In this document: positions 21,986 to 33,128 of the stretch, in pieces
Layout of the letters: every line of letters begins with the position of its first letter
How positions within the stretch are numbered: the first letter of the stretch is position 1
Source of the DNA: an uncultured Gemmatimonadaceae bacterium
Lineage (GTDB): Bacteria; Gemmatimonadota; Gemmatimonadetes; Gemmatimonadales; Gemmatimonadaceae
NCBI GenBank assembly: GCA_963829055.1
Contig: CAWHHI010000014.1
Coordinates: 1 to 48,654, forward strand
Reading direction: 5' to 3'
Length of the DNA: 48,654 nucleotides
The notes under the pieces: generated by a model
The model's input: only the letters and a program-made list of their open reading frames with translations
The model's database searches: none
What the model was told of the DNA's origin: nothing
Translations under genes and position numbers: made by a program

Positions 21986-22654
21986 ATGAAACGGCTCATC
22001 CTTTCGACGATGATGGTTTGCGCCACGGTGGCTGGCCTCGGAGCGCAACAGCCCGGCGGCCCCGAGCGCGGGCCGATGCCCGGACCAGGCGCTATGGGTC
22101 GTGGCGGCGCGGGTCCGGTGGACGATCCGGCGCAGTTCCTTCTTGGACATACAGGCGAATTCCGGCTGACCGACGCGCAGGTCACTCGCCTCGCGGCCAT
22201 CGCGCGCCGCTCGACCGAGCGTCGCCGATCCCTGCGAGCGCAGATGGACTCGATGCGACCGGCGCGAACCCCGGGCACCCGTCCCGATTCGGCGACGCGA
22301 GAGCGGTCGCGGGAGCAGTCGCGACAGCGCTTCGAGCAAATGCGTCCGGCAATGGATCGGATGCGCCAGCAGGCACAGGCCGACCGACGGGACGCCATCG
22401 CCGTCCTGACACCTGACCAGCAGGCGCAGGCGTGGGAGCGAATCGCGGCCGTGGGGCGCGGGCAACGTGACGGGATGCGTGGCGCTCGCGGCCCGCGTAG
22501 TGGAAGAGGACGCGAGTTCAGAGGCGGTGGTGCTGGCAGCCCGGGACACGCCGGCTTCCGCGGTGGACCGACGCCAGGCGCAGATCGCCGGCGGCCGGCA
22601 CCGGGACAAGGACAGGGAGCGAGTCCCGATGACCAGCGGCAGAACGAGCCGTAG
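21986..22654 (+). CDS. Spy/CpxP-family periplasmic chaperone-like protein
   Basis: Signal peptide, LTDAQ and LTPDQQ (LTxxQ) motifs, Arg/Met-rich helices. Confidence 0.75.
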   Translation: MKRLILSTMMVCATVAGLGAQQPGGPERGPMPGPGAMGRGGAGPVDDPAQFLLGHTGEFRLTDAQVTRLAAIARRSTERRRSLRAQMDSMRPARTPGTRPDSATRERSREQSRQRFEQMRPAMDRMRQQAQADRRDAIAVLTPDQQAQAWERIAAVGRGQRDGMRGARGPRSGRGREFRGGGAGSPGHAGFRGGPTPGADRRRPAPGQGQGASPDDQRQNEP

Positions 22655-22672
22655 TCGCAGGTGTCATAAACG

Positions 22673-22702
22673 ATGCGGGCGGCCCCGCGGGGCCGCCCGC
22701 AT
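22673..22702. terminator. Probable bidirectional terminator hairpin
   Basis: Perfect 30-bp palindrome ATGCGGGCGGCCCC-GC-GGGGCCGCCCGCAT between convergent genes; no U-tract. Confidence 0.6.
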
Positions 22703-22744
22703 CTCGTGCTACCGCACCTAACGAGTCAGACGATTTCCCGGCGA

Positions 22745-23536
22745 CTACTTCGCCGACTTTGCCCAGTGCGGCGCGGTCGTCCATTTCGACACGTCGAACA
22801 TCGCGGGATCGACCGGCACGTCCACCTTCCAGTCCGAGTACTCCTCCGCCTGCCGGAGCGTGCCTCCCTGGAACATCTCGATTTTCGTCGCGAGCCAGCC
22901 GCCACCTGCCTTGACGTACTTGCCGAGGCGCACGTCGTACGGCGGCCCGTCGCCCGTGGCGAGCATCATCCGGACGAGCAGCTTGCGGTCGGTGCTGACC
23001 CAGAACTGCGGCGAGGTCGTGTCCGCCGCGGACGACGCGCCGACGACCCAGACCGGCGTTCCCTCCCACGTCGCGGTCCGGACGCGGTTCATGTCGACGT
23101 TCATCTGCGACAGCTCCTTCACCGTCTTCGCCACCGGCTGGACGTAGACGCCCTCGATGAGCGGAAGGAACTCGTTGCCCTTCCCGCGCGGCGGCTGCGG
23201 CTGCCCGCCTCGGACCAGGAACAACGAGTCGGGCGTGTAGATCATGCCGTTGCCGGCGGAGAGGTCACCACGGTCGATGCGGAGCTTGGTGCCGGCCGCG
23301 GTGTGGCTCAGCGTCTCGTACCACGTCTCCTTGCGCTCGGTGCCGTCCGGTGCGCGGAGGGTGGTCGTCTGTTTGAACGTGAGGGTGTGGTACCACTTGC
23401 CGGCGTATGCGGACCGCATGGCTTCCAGCACGTCGGCGCCGGTGCGCGGCGCGGCGGCTTGAGCCGTTAGGCGGTTGGCGCCGGGGACGAGCAGCGCGGC
23501 AACGAGAACGGCGCGGCGGGACAGAGCAAGCGTCAT
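22745..23536 (-). CDS. Secreted hypothetical protein, possibly LolA-like beta fold
   Basis: Intact ORF, signal peptide, beta-rich sequence ending VDVPVDPAMFD; fold call is inference. Confidence 0.65.
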   Translation of the reverse strand: MTLALSRRAVLVAALLVPGANRLTAQAAAPRTGADVLEAMRSAYAGKWYHTLTFKQTTTLRAPDGTERKETWYETLSHTAAGTKLRIDRGDLSAGNGMIYTPDSLFLVRGGQPQPPRGKGNEFLPLIEGVYVQPVAKTVKELSQMNVDMNRVRTATWEGTPVWVVGASSAADTTSPQFWVSTDRKLLVRMMLATGDGPPYDVRLGKYVKAGGGWLATKIEMFQGGTLRQAEEYSDWKVDVPVDPAMFDVSKWTTAPHWAKSAK

Positions 23537-23656
23537 GACAGACTCCACGGGGTGTGTCGGTTTGGATTCCGGAGGCGCCGAAGCTTGGCCATCGGTACGA
23601 GGAGCGTCAATCAACCTGTGACGAACCGTTCATCACCGCGCCTCGACGTCCCACAG

Positions 23657-23740
23657 TGTCATCCCGAGCGTCAGCGAGGGACGCTGAGCGCTCAGAGCGC
23701 GCTGAGACCGGACAATGCCATCACAGCAAGGACTTTCTCT
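23657..23740. repeat. Partial family-A repeat
   Basis: TGTCATCCCGAGCGTCAGCGAGGGA identical to the start of the 1031 copy; GCCATCACAGCA core. Confidence 0.7.
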
Positions 23741-23833
23741 TCTGGTCGTCTGCGCTGCTCCAGCGCGGCTCTGACGCTCCTCGTACGGCAGTCTTGCGCT
23801 CCATCCTTCCTACGGCCTCCTTCCTAAGGCCTC

Positions 23834-25430
23834 CTAGTGCGGAGATCCCGACGCCGCACCCACCGCGGCTTCGACCTCGTGACGCTCGCGCGCGACGCGC
23901 GGCAGCGTGAGCGTGAACGTCGCGCCATGACCGAGGTTGCTTTCCACCGTGATGTCGCCGCCCATCGCGCGCGCGAGATCCCGACTGATCGACAGGCCCA
24001 GCCCCGTCCCCTGGCCTTCACGCGTGAAGTTCTGATCCACCTGGACGAACGGCTCGAAGATGTCCTCGAGCTTGCCGGAAGGAATCCCGAGCCCCGTGTC
24101 GATCACGCGCACCGCCGCGACCGCCTCGAGCGTCAGGCACTCGAGCCTAACGTGACCGCCGGCATCCGTGAACTTGATCGCGTTCGACAGCAGGTTGAGC
24201 AGGATCTGCTGCACCTTCTCGGCGTCGATGCGTACCATGATCGATGGGTCACACGGGAGGTACTCGTACGTCAGCCCTCGCGATTGTACCTGCGGCGCGA
24301 CGAGCGCATACATCCCCTCGAGGATGTCGTGCAGTCGACGTCTCCTCGACGTGATACTCGACGTGGCCGGCTTCGATCTTGGCGAAGTTCAGGACGTTGT
24401 TGATGAGTCCGAGCAGGTGACGCTGATTCCGGCGGATGCGCTCCAGGTCGTCGCGTTGCGCCTCGGTGACCGGGCCGCTGATGCCTAACTACAGAAGATC
24501 GACGTAGCCGCCAATGGCGTTCAGCGGCGTGCGAAGCTCGTGCGACATGGCCGCGAGAAATTGCGCTTTCACATTGTTCGCGTGCTCGGCAGCGAGCGCG
24601 CGCGAGGTCGGCCTCGCTCCGCGCCGCGCGCTCGCGCGCCAGCAACGCCTCTCGCTCGATCTCGACGTCCTTGTGGTCGGTGATGTCGATGCACGACCCG
24701 ATGTAGCCGGCGAACTCGCCCGTCTCGGTGATGCGAGGCGCGCCGGAATTGAGAATCCATCGGTAGATGCCGTCGTGACGGCGAATACGCAGCTCGACAC
24801 GGAACGGCGTCCGCTCCCTCGCATGCGTCGGCGTACACCGACTCGATACGAGCGAGATCATCGGGATGCACGAACGGCGACCAGCCACGCCCGACCTGTT
24901 GCGGCAGGGACTGGCCCGTGAAGTCGAGCCACGAGCGACTGAACCAGGTCGGCGTTGCCGCTCACGTCGCCGACCCAGATCATCACCGGAGCCGAATCGG
25001 CCATCGCGCGGAAGCGCGCCTCACTCTCGCGCAGTGCCAGCTCCGCTTCGCGACTGCGCAACAGCGCACGCACCGTGGCGAGCAGCACGGGTGGCTCCAC
25101 CGGATGCGTGAGATAGCCATCCGCGCCGGCGTCGAGGCCGCGCGCACGCTCGCTCGCCGACGTGAAGCTGGCCGAGATGAGAAGCAGCGGAATGTTGGCG
25201 ACGCGCTCGTCGGCCTTGAACGACCGCGCGAGCTCGAACCCGCTCCCGTCGGGCAGGCGCACATCGAGCACGATGAGGTCGGGACGTTCGGCCGCCAGCC
25301 GCATCGCGTCGGCAGCCGTCTCACCCTCGATGATCTCGTACCCGCCTTCATCGAGCACTCGCGTGAGCACCCACCGGTTCGCCAGCGTGTCGTCGACGAC
25401 CAGCACCTTGATGCGCGCGCGGTCAGACAT
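23834..25430 (-). CDS. Hybrid REC-PAS-histidine kinase (frameshifted)
   Basis: Receiver VLVVDD...[13 protein letters not shown] ([17 protein letters not shown]); H-box [26 protein letters not shown]. Confidence 0.88.
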
Positions 25431-26846
25431 GAGATACCTCTGCCGCGGCGGGACCGACCGCCTCGTTAGGTGAAGCCGCTGCCGGCTCGCTGCCGGCTTC
25501 GCCGTACACGATCGGGAGCACGAGCGAGAAGACCGAACCGCGACCAACCTCGCTCTGAACAGTGATCTCGCCGCCGAGCAGCCGAGCGAGCCGCCGCGAG
25601 AGCGGGAGCCCGAGCCCCGTACCCTTCACGCGTCGCTGCATCGGGTTCTCGACCTGCGCGAATTCCTCGAAGACGCGGTCGATGTTCTCGGGCGCGATGC
25701 CGATGCCGGTGTCGGCTACGAAGAAGGCAATCGTGTCGTGCTCGCCCTCGCGAGCCGACACTCGCACCTCACCGCGCTCGGTGAACTTGAGCGCGTTCGA
25801 GATGAAGTTCCGGAGGATCTGCGCGACCTTGGATTCGTCGGTGTGCAGCAGCGGCAGCGGAGGCGGCGGGTCGAACATGAGCGACACCGCTTCGTCCGTT
25901 TCGATCGGACGAAAGACGCCACGCAACGCACCCCACAGGCCATCGACGGTGAACGTGTCGGTGTGAACCTCGGTCCGCCCGGCTTCGATCTTCGCCAGAT
26001 CGAGCCAGTCGTTCACGAGATCCGACAGCGTGTCCGTCGAATGACGCATCATCTCGATCGCGCGACGGTGCCGATCGGTGAGCGGCCCCTCGTAGCCGTC
26101 GAGCAGCAGCCGCGCGACGTTGCGCACCGCGTTGAGCGGTGTGCGAATCTCGTGATTGAGATCCGAGAGAAATCGCGTCTTGAGCTCGTTGACGCGCTCG
26201 AGATACATCGCGCGCTCATCGAGCTCGGCGTACAGCGCCAGCACGCCGCGGTTCGTCTCCGCCAGCTCCAGCGCGAGTCGGTCGCTCTCGGCGTGCTTCG
26301 CGCGAAGCTGCTCGAGCACGCGCAGCAGCTCCTGATTCTGCTGCTGCAATTCGGCCGTGGGGTCGGGCGCGGTGATCGCCGCCATCGCACCCATGACCGC
26401 GTTGATCATTGCCGGCGTCACGTGCACCGCCGCGGGCAGCCGCTTGCCGAGCATCGACCTCGGTCCCGGCGTTAGGCGCGGACTCGAGCGAGAACGTGTC
26501 GCTGAGACGCTGCGCGCCCAACACGCCCAGCCCCAGCCCCGTCGACGAGACGTACCGCCCGTCGAGCACATCGCTGAGGCGCGCGATCCCGGGCCCCTGG
26601 TCCGCGATGCGCGCCAGCGAGCACCGCAGGCGGTCCGTGGTCGATGCGGAACTCGACCTTGCCGCCGCCCGCATACTGATGCGCGTTGCGCGCGATCTCC
26701 GACACGGCGGTGGCGAAGCGAATCTGATCCTGCGCGTCGAGCTTGAACTCCGCAGCCAGCTGGCGCGCCCGCTGCCGCGCGAGCACGACGTCATCTTCGC
26801 GCTTCAGCTCAACCGTCAACAGCGTGTTCGTCGCCATACGCATCAT
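25423..26846 (-). CDS. Histidine kinase with N-terminal RsbT-like ATPase domain (frameshifted)
   Basis: N-terminal DDVVLARQRAR...ATAVSEIARNAHQYAGGG; coiled coil ELAETNRGVLALYAELD; H-box LNHEIRTPLN; NFISNALKFT. Confidence 0.88.
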
Positions 26847-26866
26847 TCCTCATTCATGCAGCGGGA

Positions 26867-27885
26867 TCACGCCGCTGCACGGACGACGACGACCAGCGCG
26901 TCATCGCGCCCGCGCGAAAAGTCGCGATACAGCACGCCGGCCACAACACTCGGATGTCGCGATACGAGGCCGGGATAGCGTGCGAGATCCCACCGCGCGC
27001 TCACGCCGTCCGAGTGCATGACGAGTAGCGAGTCAGTCGGCCAGTCGTACCGGAACTCCTGCATCTTCCGCATCTCGTGCCCCGCGATCCCGTTGTGCGA
27101 AACGAGGCTCTGCGCATCAGCGGTCCCGGTAATCGCGGCCGAGATGTTTCCGAGACCCGCATATCGGACGGCGCCGTCCGACAATGTCAGTTCCGCGACC
27201 GCGACCGCCGCGCCGCGTGTCGCGCGCAATCCAGCGTGCATTGCCGTGACGACCGCCGCCGGATGCTCGGATCGGATGCTCCGCGGCGATCACGACTGCG
27301 CGACGCGACGCCTTCGCCGCCGCTTCGCCATGACCGAGGCCATCCACGACCGCGAGAGAAACTCGGCTGTCTTCCATCACGATTCCCCAGTCGTCGCCGC
27401 ACTCGGACTCTCCACGTTTGGCGACGCGAACGACGCCAACGTCGAACGGCGGCCGCTGATTCGACGTCCCCGCTTCATTCTCGATCCGAGCGCACGAGGA
27501 CGGTCCCACCACCGGGCACCGTGAAGATGTCGAAGTCACTTGCCAGGCGAGCCATCGCCCCCAAGCCATGGCCCGCGGTACCGGCCGTCGAGTATCCGTC
27601 GCCCAGCGCACGGTCGAGGTCAGCGATGCCCGGACCGGAGTCGATCGCGATGAGGTCGACCGCGCGAACGCCGTCACCGACAATGGACCGCAGGATGACC
27701 TCGCCGCGAGTCGCGTGCTTCGAGATGTTGGTTGCCGCCTCGGTCGCGATGATCGCGAGCTTCCCTGCCTCGGTTTCCGTCAACCCTGAGGCCGTCGCGA
27801 TCGCCATCGCGGTGCGACGCGTCTCTCCGATCTGGCTCGAGTCGTCGATCGCTATGGCGAAACCCGATTCGTGCTCCGGTCGCAT
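26867..27885 (-). CDS. RsbX-like protein: HATPase-like domain + SpoIIE/PP2C phosphatase (frameshifted)
   Basis: TEAATNISKHA, IDSGPG, then ECGDDW, VVDGLGHG, TRGAA, GLGNIS, HSDG, GRDDA. Confidence 0.85.
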
Positions 27886-27888
27886 GCG

Positions 27889-28294
27889 CTACTTCCAGCG
27901 CGTGATCACCACGCGAGTTCCCTCGCCCGGCCGCGAGCTGATGTCGAACTCGTTCACGAGCCGGTGCGCTCCGCCGAGCCCGAGGCCCAGCCCGTTGCCG
28001 GTGGTGAAGTGATCGGTGAGCGCTTGCTCAATATCCGCAATGCCAGGGCCCTGATCCTCGAAGGCAACACGAAGTCCACGGCGCGTGCCCTCGGACGAGG
28101 AGCTCGAGGCGCGCGATGCCGCCTCCGCCGTAGTCGATCGTGTTGCGCGCGAGCTCGCTCGCGGCGGTCACCATCTTCGTCTGCTCGACCAGCGAGAACC
28201 CTGCCTCGATCGCCCAGGTGCGGACGATCTGGCGCACGGATACGACGTCGGATGCGGAGCGAAGCTCCAGCGATTCACTCCGAACTGTCGGCAT
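27889..28294 (-). CDS. rsbT: Stressosome Ser/Thr kinase RsbT (frameshifted)
   Basis: DVVSVRQ, QTKMVTAASELARNTIDYGGGG, DQGPGI, GLGLGLGGAHRLVNEFDI...TRWK. Confidence 0.88.
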
Positions 28295-28675
28295 CCCGTC
28301 TCCAGTCCTGCCGCCGCTTCGTCCGATGCCCGTTCCAGCAGCGCCATTCCCTCGATCGACGTTCAGCGCGGTGCGGACACCGGGGAGCGTGAGCCCGAGC
28401 TCGACCAGCGTGATCGCGACGGCCGGCTGCATGCCCACCACGACGGTTTCCGCGTCGAGCACGCGCGCCATCGCCGCGATGTTCGCGATCATGCGACCGA
28501 TGAACGAGTCGACGATGTCGAGCGACGAGATGTCGATGAGCACGCCTCGCGCGCCGGTCTCGCTGATGCGCGTCGTCAGCTCTTCCTGCAGTTGCATGGC
28601 GAGGCGGTCGTGCATGTCCACCTGAATCGTCACCAGGAGCAGATCGCGCAGCTTGAGAATCGGAATGCGATCCAC
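28295..28675 (-). CDS. rsbS: Stressosome STAS protein RsbS (3' end approximate)
   Basis: IPILKL...GVLIDISSLDIVDSFIGR (conserved phospho-Ser context) ...GMQPAVAITLVELG. Confidence 0.9.
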
Positions 28676-28688
28676 GTCGCGTCTCCGA

Positions 28689-29562
28689 TCAGGCGCGCGC
28701 GCGACCGACCTTGTCGCGCTGTCCCGTCATTTCCAGCGCGCGGCGGAACGCATCGGCGAGCGTGGCCTTCGTCGTGACGCTCGCGAGGTCGACACCGAGA
28801 TGCACGATGGTCTGCGCGATCTGCGGACGGATGCCGCTGATGATGCAGTCGGCGCCCATGAGGCGCGCCGCGGTGACCGTCTTGAGGAGGTGCTGCGCCG
28901 TGAGCGTATCGACCGTCGGCACGCCGGTGATGTCGATGATCGCGATCTCGGCGCCCGTCTCGACGATGCGCTGGAGCAGCGACTCCATGACGACCTGCGT
29001 GCGTGCGCTGTCGAGCGTTCCGATCATCGGCAGCGCGAGGATGCCGTCCCACAGCTTCACGACCGGCGTCGACAGCTCGAGCAGTTCTTCCTGCTGCCGA
29101 GGATCACTTGTCTCGCGGCTCTTCTGATAGATCTCGGTCGTGTAGAGCCCGAGCTTGTCGAGCAGCTCGGTGGCCGCCCACGTGGTGCTCGCGAGCTGAT
29201 TCGGCGTCGCCCGCGAGCTCCTTTCGGATCCGGGCGAACAGCGGCCGCTTCAGCGAGAAGACGAACATGGCCGTCTCGCGACGGCGAGAATCCCTGGCAT
29301 GCCGCGAGACCGTGAGAGGTCACCCGAGCATGTCGCGGACGCGGCCGTACGTCGGGCCATGATGTCGCGAGGTGTTGCCGCTTTGCGTGGCCTGCTGCAG
29401 CAGCGCTCAGGAACTCAGTCGCCTGAGCGCGCAGCTCGCCTTCGTTGATCTTCGATCGTGCGCGAGAACGTACGCATCTGCTCGCGCATCCACTCCTCGA
29501 GCAGTTCGGCCTCGTACGTCTTGAGAATGCGTGGCAGTGACGGAGTCGGTTACAGCGCTCAC
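28689..29562 (-). CDS. rsbR: Stressosome STAS protein RsbR with N-terminal globin-like domain (frameshifted)
   Basis: GTG start with [74 protein letters not shown]. Confidence 0.9.
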
Positions 29563-29822
29563 GGTGGTCTCCTCGGTGACACGGCAGTCGGCAGCCGCCA
29601 GCGCTGTGGTGGCAGCGGTCAGTGGCGAGCAGCCAATGCTGGACGGACAGGTCCGCGGCGTCGAATTACCGCTGAGCGGATCGGCGCCAGTCGCGGCAGC
29701 TCTAGCAGGTTCCGTGCGACGAGCCGTTTCGGAACCTTTCCGTCGGGCTCGGGAACTCATAAGGTGCCGGCGTTCAGCTTCAGAACGCCAACTTCAATTC
29801 TCGCACTCTTCGGAGCTGGTCC

Positions 29823-30491
29823 ATGCACCGTGTCGCCGTTCGAAGCGCCATCGCGCTTGCCGTTGCTGCTCCTGTTGCCCTCTTCGCTCGGCCATCAACC
29901 CATCACGAGTAGTGGTCCCGCCCGCTATCACGATCGGCAGCGGACCAGCCGCGCCCGGTCTCCAGACCCTCGTCGTGGCCGGTGGATGCTTCTGGGGTAT
30001 CGAGGCGGTGTTCGAGCACATCAAGGGTGTCACGGACGCGGTTTCGGGCTACGCCGGCGGAACGAAGGCGACGGCCGAGTACGAGACCGTGAGCACCGGA
30101 ACGACCGGGCATGCGGAGTCGGTCAAGGTGACGTACGATCCGGCCAAGGTCTCGCTCGAGAAGCTGCTTCAGGTGTTCTTCTCGGTCGCGCACGACCCGA
30201 CGCAGCTGAATCGTCAGGGCCCGGATGTTGGCCCACAGTATAGGTCTGCAATTTTCTTCGCCAGATGAGGAACAGGCCAGAGTCGCGCGCGCGTACATTG
30301 ATCAGCTGACCAAGGCGAAGGTCTTCTCGAAGCCGATCGTCACGCAGGTCGTGAAGCTCGAGCAGTTCTATCCGGCGGAGGAGTACCATCAGAACTTCGC
30401 GGAGAAGAACCCGACCTATCCGTACATCGTCTACAACGACCGGCCGAAAGTCGCCAACCTCAAGAAGCAGTTCCCGGATCTCTATCGCTAG
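29823..30491 (+). CDS. msrA: Peptide-methionine (S)-S-oxide reductase with signal-peptide-like N-terminus (frameshifted)
   Basis: [49 protein letters not shown]. Confidence 0.92.
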
Positions 30492-30578
30492 TTCTCGACG
30501 AGCTGTGGACGAGCCGTTGGTCTGTTTGTGGTAGCTGATGGCTAGCTCGCTGGTCAACTGCTTGTCACCGCCGAGGAC

Positions 30579-30868
30579 GCGAAGGACCGCTTCGGGCAAC
30601 CATCCAGAACGAAGGTGTTTTGAGAAGAGGCCGGAAACGACTGAAACGGCCTGATGCCATCGCGACCCGGACAGATCGTGGCGCAGGGCCGTCATTGACA
30701 AGGGGAACGGCCTCGCGACGCATTGGTCGCGCGAGGCCGTTCCCCTTTCCGTCACGGCTCGTTGCGGCACCGACTCTCCCGGCATCGGACCGATCCGCCC
30801 GATCCGATGTTTCCGGCCGTTTCCGTTCACACCCTCGGTTCTGGATGGTTGACGAAGCGGTCCTCCGC
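30579..30868. other. ~290-nt nested inverted-repeat element (candidate ncRNA or MITE)
   Basis: Perfect stems 30583-94/30853-64 (12 bp), 30597-610/30838-51 (14 bp), 30629-38/30809-18 (10 bp), 30700-17/30730-47 (18 bp). Confidence 0.7.
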
Positions 30869-30969
30869 GCTCCGTCCCGCGCCTGAAGACGGGCCTGAGA
30901 TTCCCCGATGACCTCCAAGTACAGGTAGCCGATTCCGCCGAGCGAGCCGCGGGTCTACGTTCTCCGGCC

Positions 30970-32371
30970 ATGAGACTGCCCGGCGAACTCAACTCCCTCG
31001 ATCTCATCGATGCGGCGCGCCACGTTGCCGACGGTGACGTGTCGCCGATCGAGCTGACCGCCGCTTGCCTGGAACGGATCGCGGCACTGGACGCCAAGGT
31101 CAACGCGTTCATTACCGTGACGGCGGACGACGCGGTGTACGACGCCGGGGAGCGTGAAGCGGGAGCTCGCCCGAGGCGATGTACGAGCGGCCACTGGCGG
31201 GTGTGCCGATCGCCCTCAAGGACCTGTTCGACACCGCGGGAGTGCGCACGACCGCCGGTTCGAAGTTCTTGGGCGAGCGAGTGCCGGATCAGGACGCCGC
31301 GGTGGTGCAGAAGCTTCGTGACGCTGGCGCCGTCGTCCTCGGCAAGCTCAACATGCACGAATGGGCGCTTGGCGTCACGAACGACAACCCGCATTACGGC
31401 GCGTGTCACAACCCATGGGCGCTCGACCGGATCACAGGCGGGTCATCCGGCGGCTCGGCGGCGGCGCTCGCGGCGGGCATGTGCTTCGGTGCGTTAGGCA
31501 GCGACACCGGCGGGTCGATCCGAATCCCGGCAGCGCTGTGCGGTGTCGTCGGTCTCAAGCCGACATACGGCCGCGTGAGCACTCGAGGCGTCGTTCCGCT
31601 GAGCTGGAGTCTCGACCACGTCGGTCCCATGGCGCGCCGAGTGGCGGATGTGGCGCTGCTGCTGGACGTCATTGCCGGGCGCGATGCCGCGGACCCGGGC
31701 TCGGCCGACATGCCGACGGACACGTATCTCGCCGGTATCGATGACGGCATCGCCGGCTGGCGGATCGGCGTCGTCGCCGACGAATGGCTGGGCGATATGG
31801 ATGCGGAGGTCAGCGCGTCGGTGCGCGCGGCCGTCAGCGCGCTCGAGGCGGCGGGGGCGTGGGTCGATGAGATCGCGGCGCCCGATCTGCCTGACGCCGC
31901 TCGTCTCAATGGGCTCATGACCACGGCGGATGCCGCCGCGTTTCATCGCGAGCGGATGGAACAGGCACCTAACGACTTCGGCAGCGACGTGCTCACGCGC
32001 CTACGGCGTGGTGCAGCATACGGCGCCGCGGACTACGCCGATGCGCGGCGGCGGCAGACGATTCTGCGGCGGACCTTCTCTTCATGGTTCGTGGAGCACG
32101 GCGGCGAGCTCGATGCGGTGGTGCTTACCAACGACTCCAATTGCGGCACCGCGCATCGCCGGCCTCGATGCCGTCGCGACAGCGCCCGGTCCTCACGCGG
32201 CTGACCGCGCCGTTCAACTTCACCGGACTGCCGGCGTTGTCAGTCCCGTGTGGCGTGACGACGGAGGGACTACCGATCGGCCTGCAGATCGTCGGTGCGC
32301 CGTGGGCTGAGCGGCGTGTGTTGCGCGTGGGCCGGGCGTACGAACGGCGTCGGCATCGATGGACGGTGTGA
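30970..32371 (+). CDS. Amidase signature family protein (GatA-like; frameshifted)
   Basis: PLAGVPIALKD, GKLNMHE, GGSSGGS, GSDTGGSIRIPAALCG, GLPIGLQ; no gatB/gatC adjacent. Confidence 0.9.
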
Positions 32372-32390
32372 TGGGAGCGCCGGCTCCACG

Positions 32391-33107
32391 ATGAGACGCC
32401 TGACCCCGGCACGCCTAACGATGTCCCTCCTGATGATCGCGCTCGTGACGATCGGGCTCGCGTGCCGAGGTGCGCATCCCGAGGCCGAGGGATCGTCGCC
32501 GGCCGACACGCGGGCGTTGCTGCTGGCGCCAGAGGGCACGTACTGGCGCGAGCCAGCGCCGGCAGCGGTACACGGTGTCGGTGGAGACGACACGCGGGAC
32601 ATTCACGATCGATGTCGAGCGTGCGTTGGCGCCGCGCGGGGCCGATCGCTTCTATCGCCTCGTTCAGGCGCGGCTACTTCGACGACTCGCGGTTCTTCCG
32701 CGTGGTACCGGCGTTCATCGCGCAGTTCGGCGATCCCCGGCGATCCGGCGATCACACGGGTGTGGCGGGAGCGCGCGATGGACGACGATTCGGTGCGAGC
32801 GAGCAACGTGCGCGGGACGATCGCGTACGCGATGACGGGGCCGAACACGCGAACGACGCAGCTGTTCATCAGTCTCGTCGACAACAGTCGGCTCGACGCG
32901 CAGGGCTTTGCGCCGATCGGCCGAGTGGTGACGGGGATGGACGTCGTCGATCGTTGTACGGCGGATACGGCGAGTCGTCAGGTGGAGGCATGCGCGCGGG
33001 CAAGCAGGATCGGCTGTTGCCGAGGGGAATCGCGCTATCTCGATCGAGATTTCCGTTGCTCGATCACATCGATTCGCGCTGCGCGTCACACGTTAGGCGC
33101 TGCGTGA
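32391..33107 (+). CDS. Cyclophilin-type peptidyl-prolyl isomerase, probable lipoprotein (frameshifted)
   Basis: ETTRGTF, APRGADRFY, FFRVVPAFIAQFG, SNVRGTIAYA, RTTQLFI, GFAPIGRV; lipobox-like GLAC. Confidence 0.85.
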   Translation: MRRLTPARLTMSLLMIALVTIGLACRGAHPEAEGSSPADTRALLLAPEGTYWREPAPAAVHGVGGDDTRDIHDRCRACVGAARGRSLLSPRSGAATSTTRGSSAWYRRSSRSSAIPGDPAITRVWRERAMDDDSVRASNVRGTIAYAMTGPNTRTTQLFISLVDNSRLDAQGFAPIGRVVTGMDVVDRCTADTASRQVEACARASRIGCCRGESRYLDRDFRCSITSIRAARHTLGAA

Positions 33108-33128
33108 AGCGCACGTTGCCACGTGCAG

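Noticed and set aside
23834..29562. Programmed frameshifting or an RsbS-RsbT fusion (ORF 28028-28675)
   Set aside because: The apparent fusion arises from indels; the same indel pattern affects unrelated genes throughout the window
30970..32371. Calling the amidase gatA
   Set aside because: No gatC/gatB context; amidase signature alone does not identify GatA
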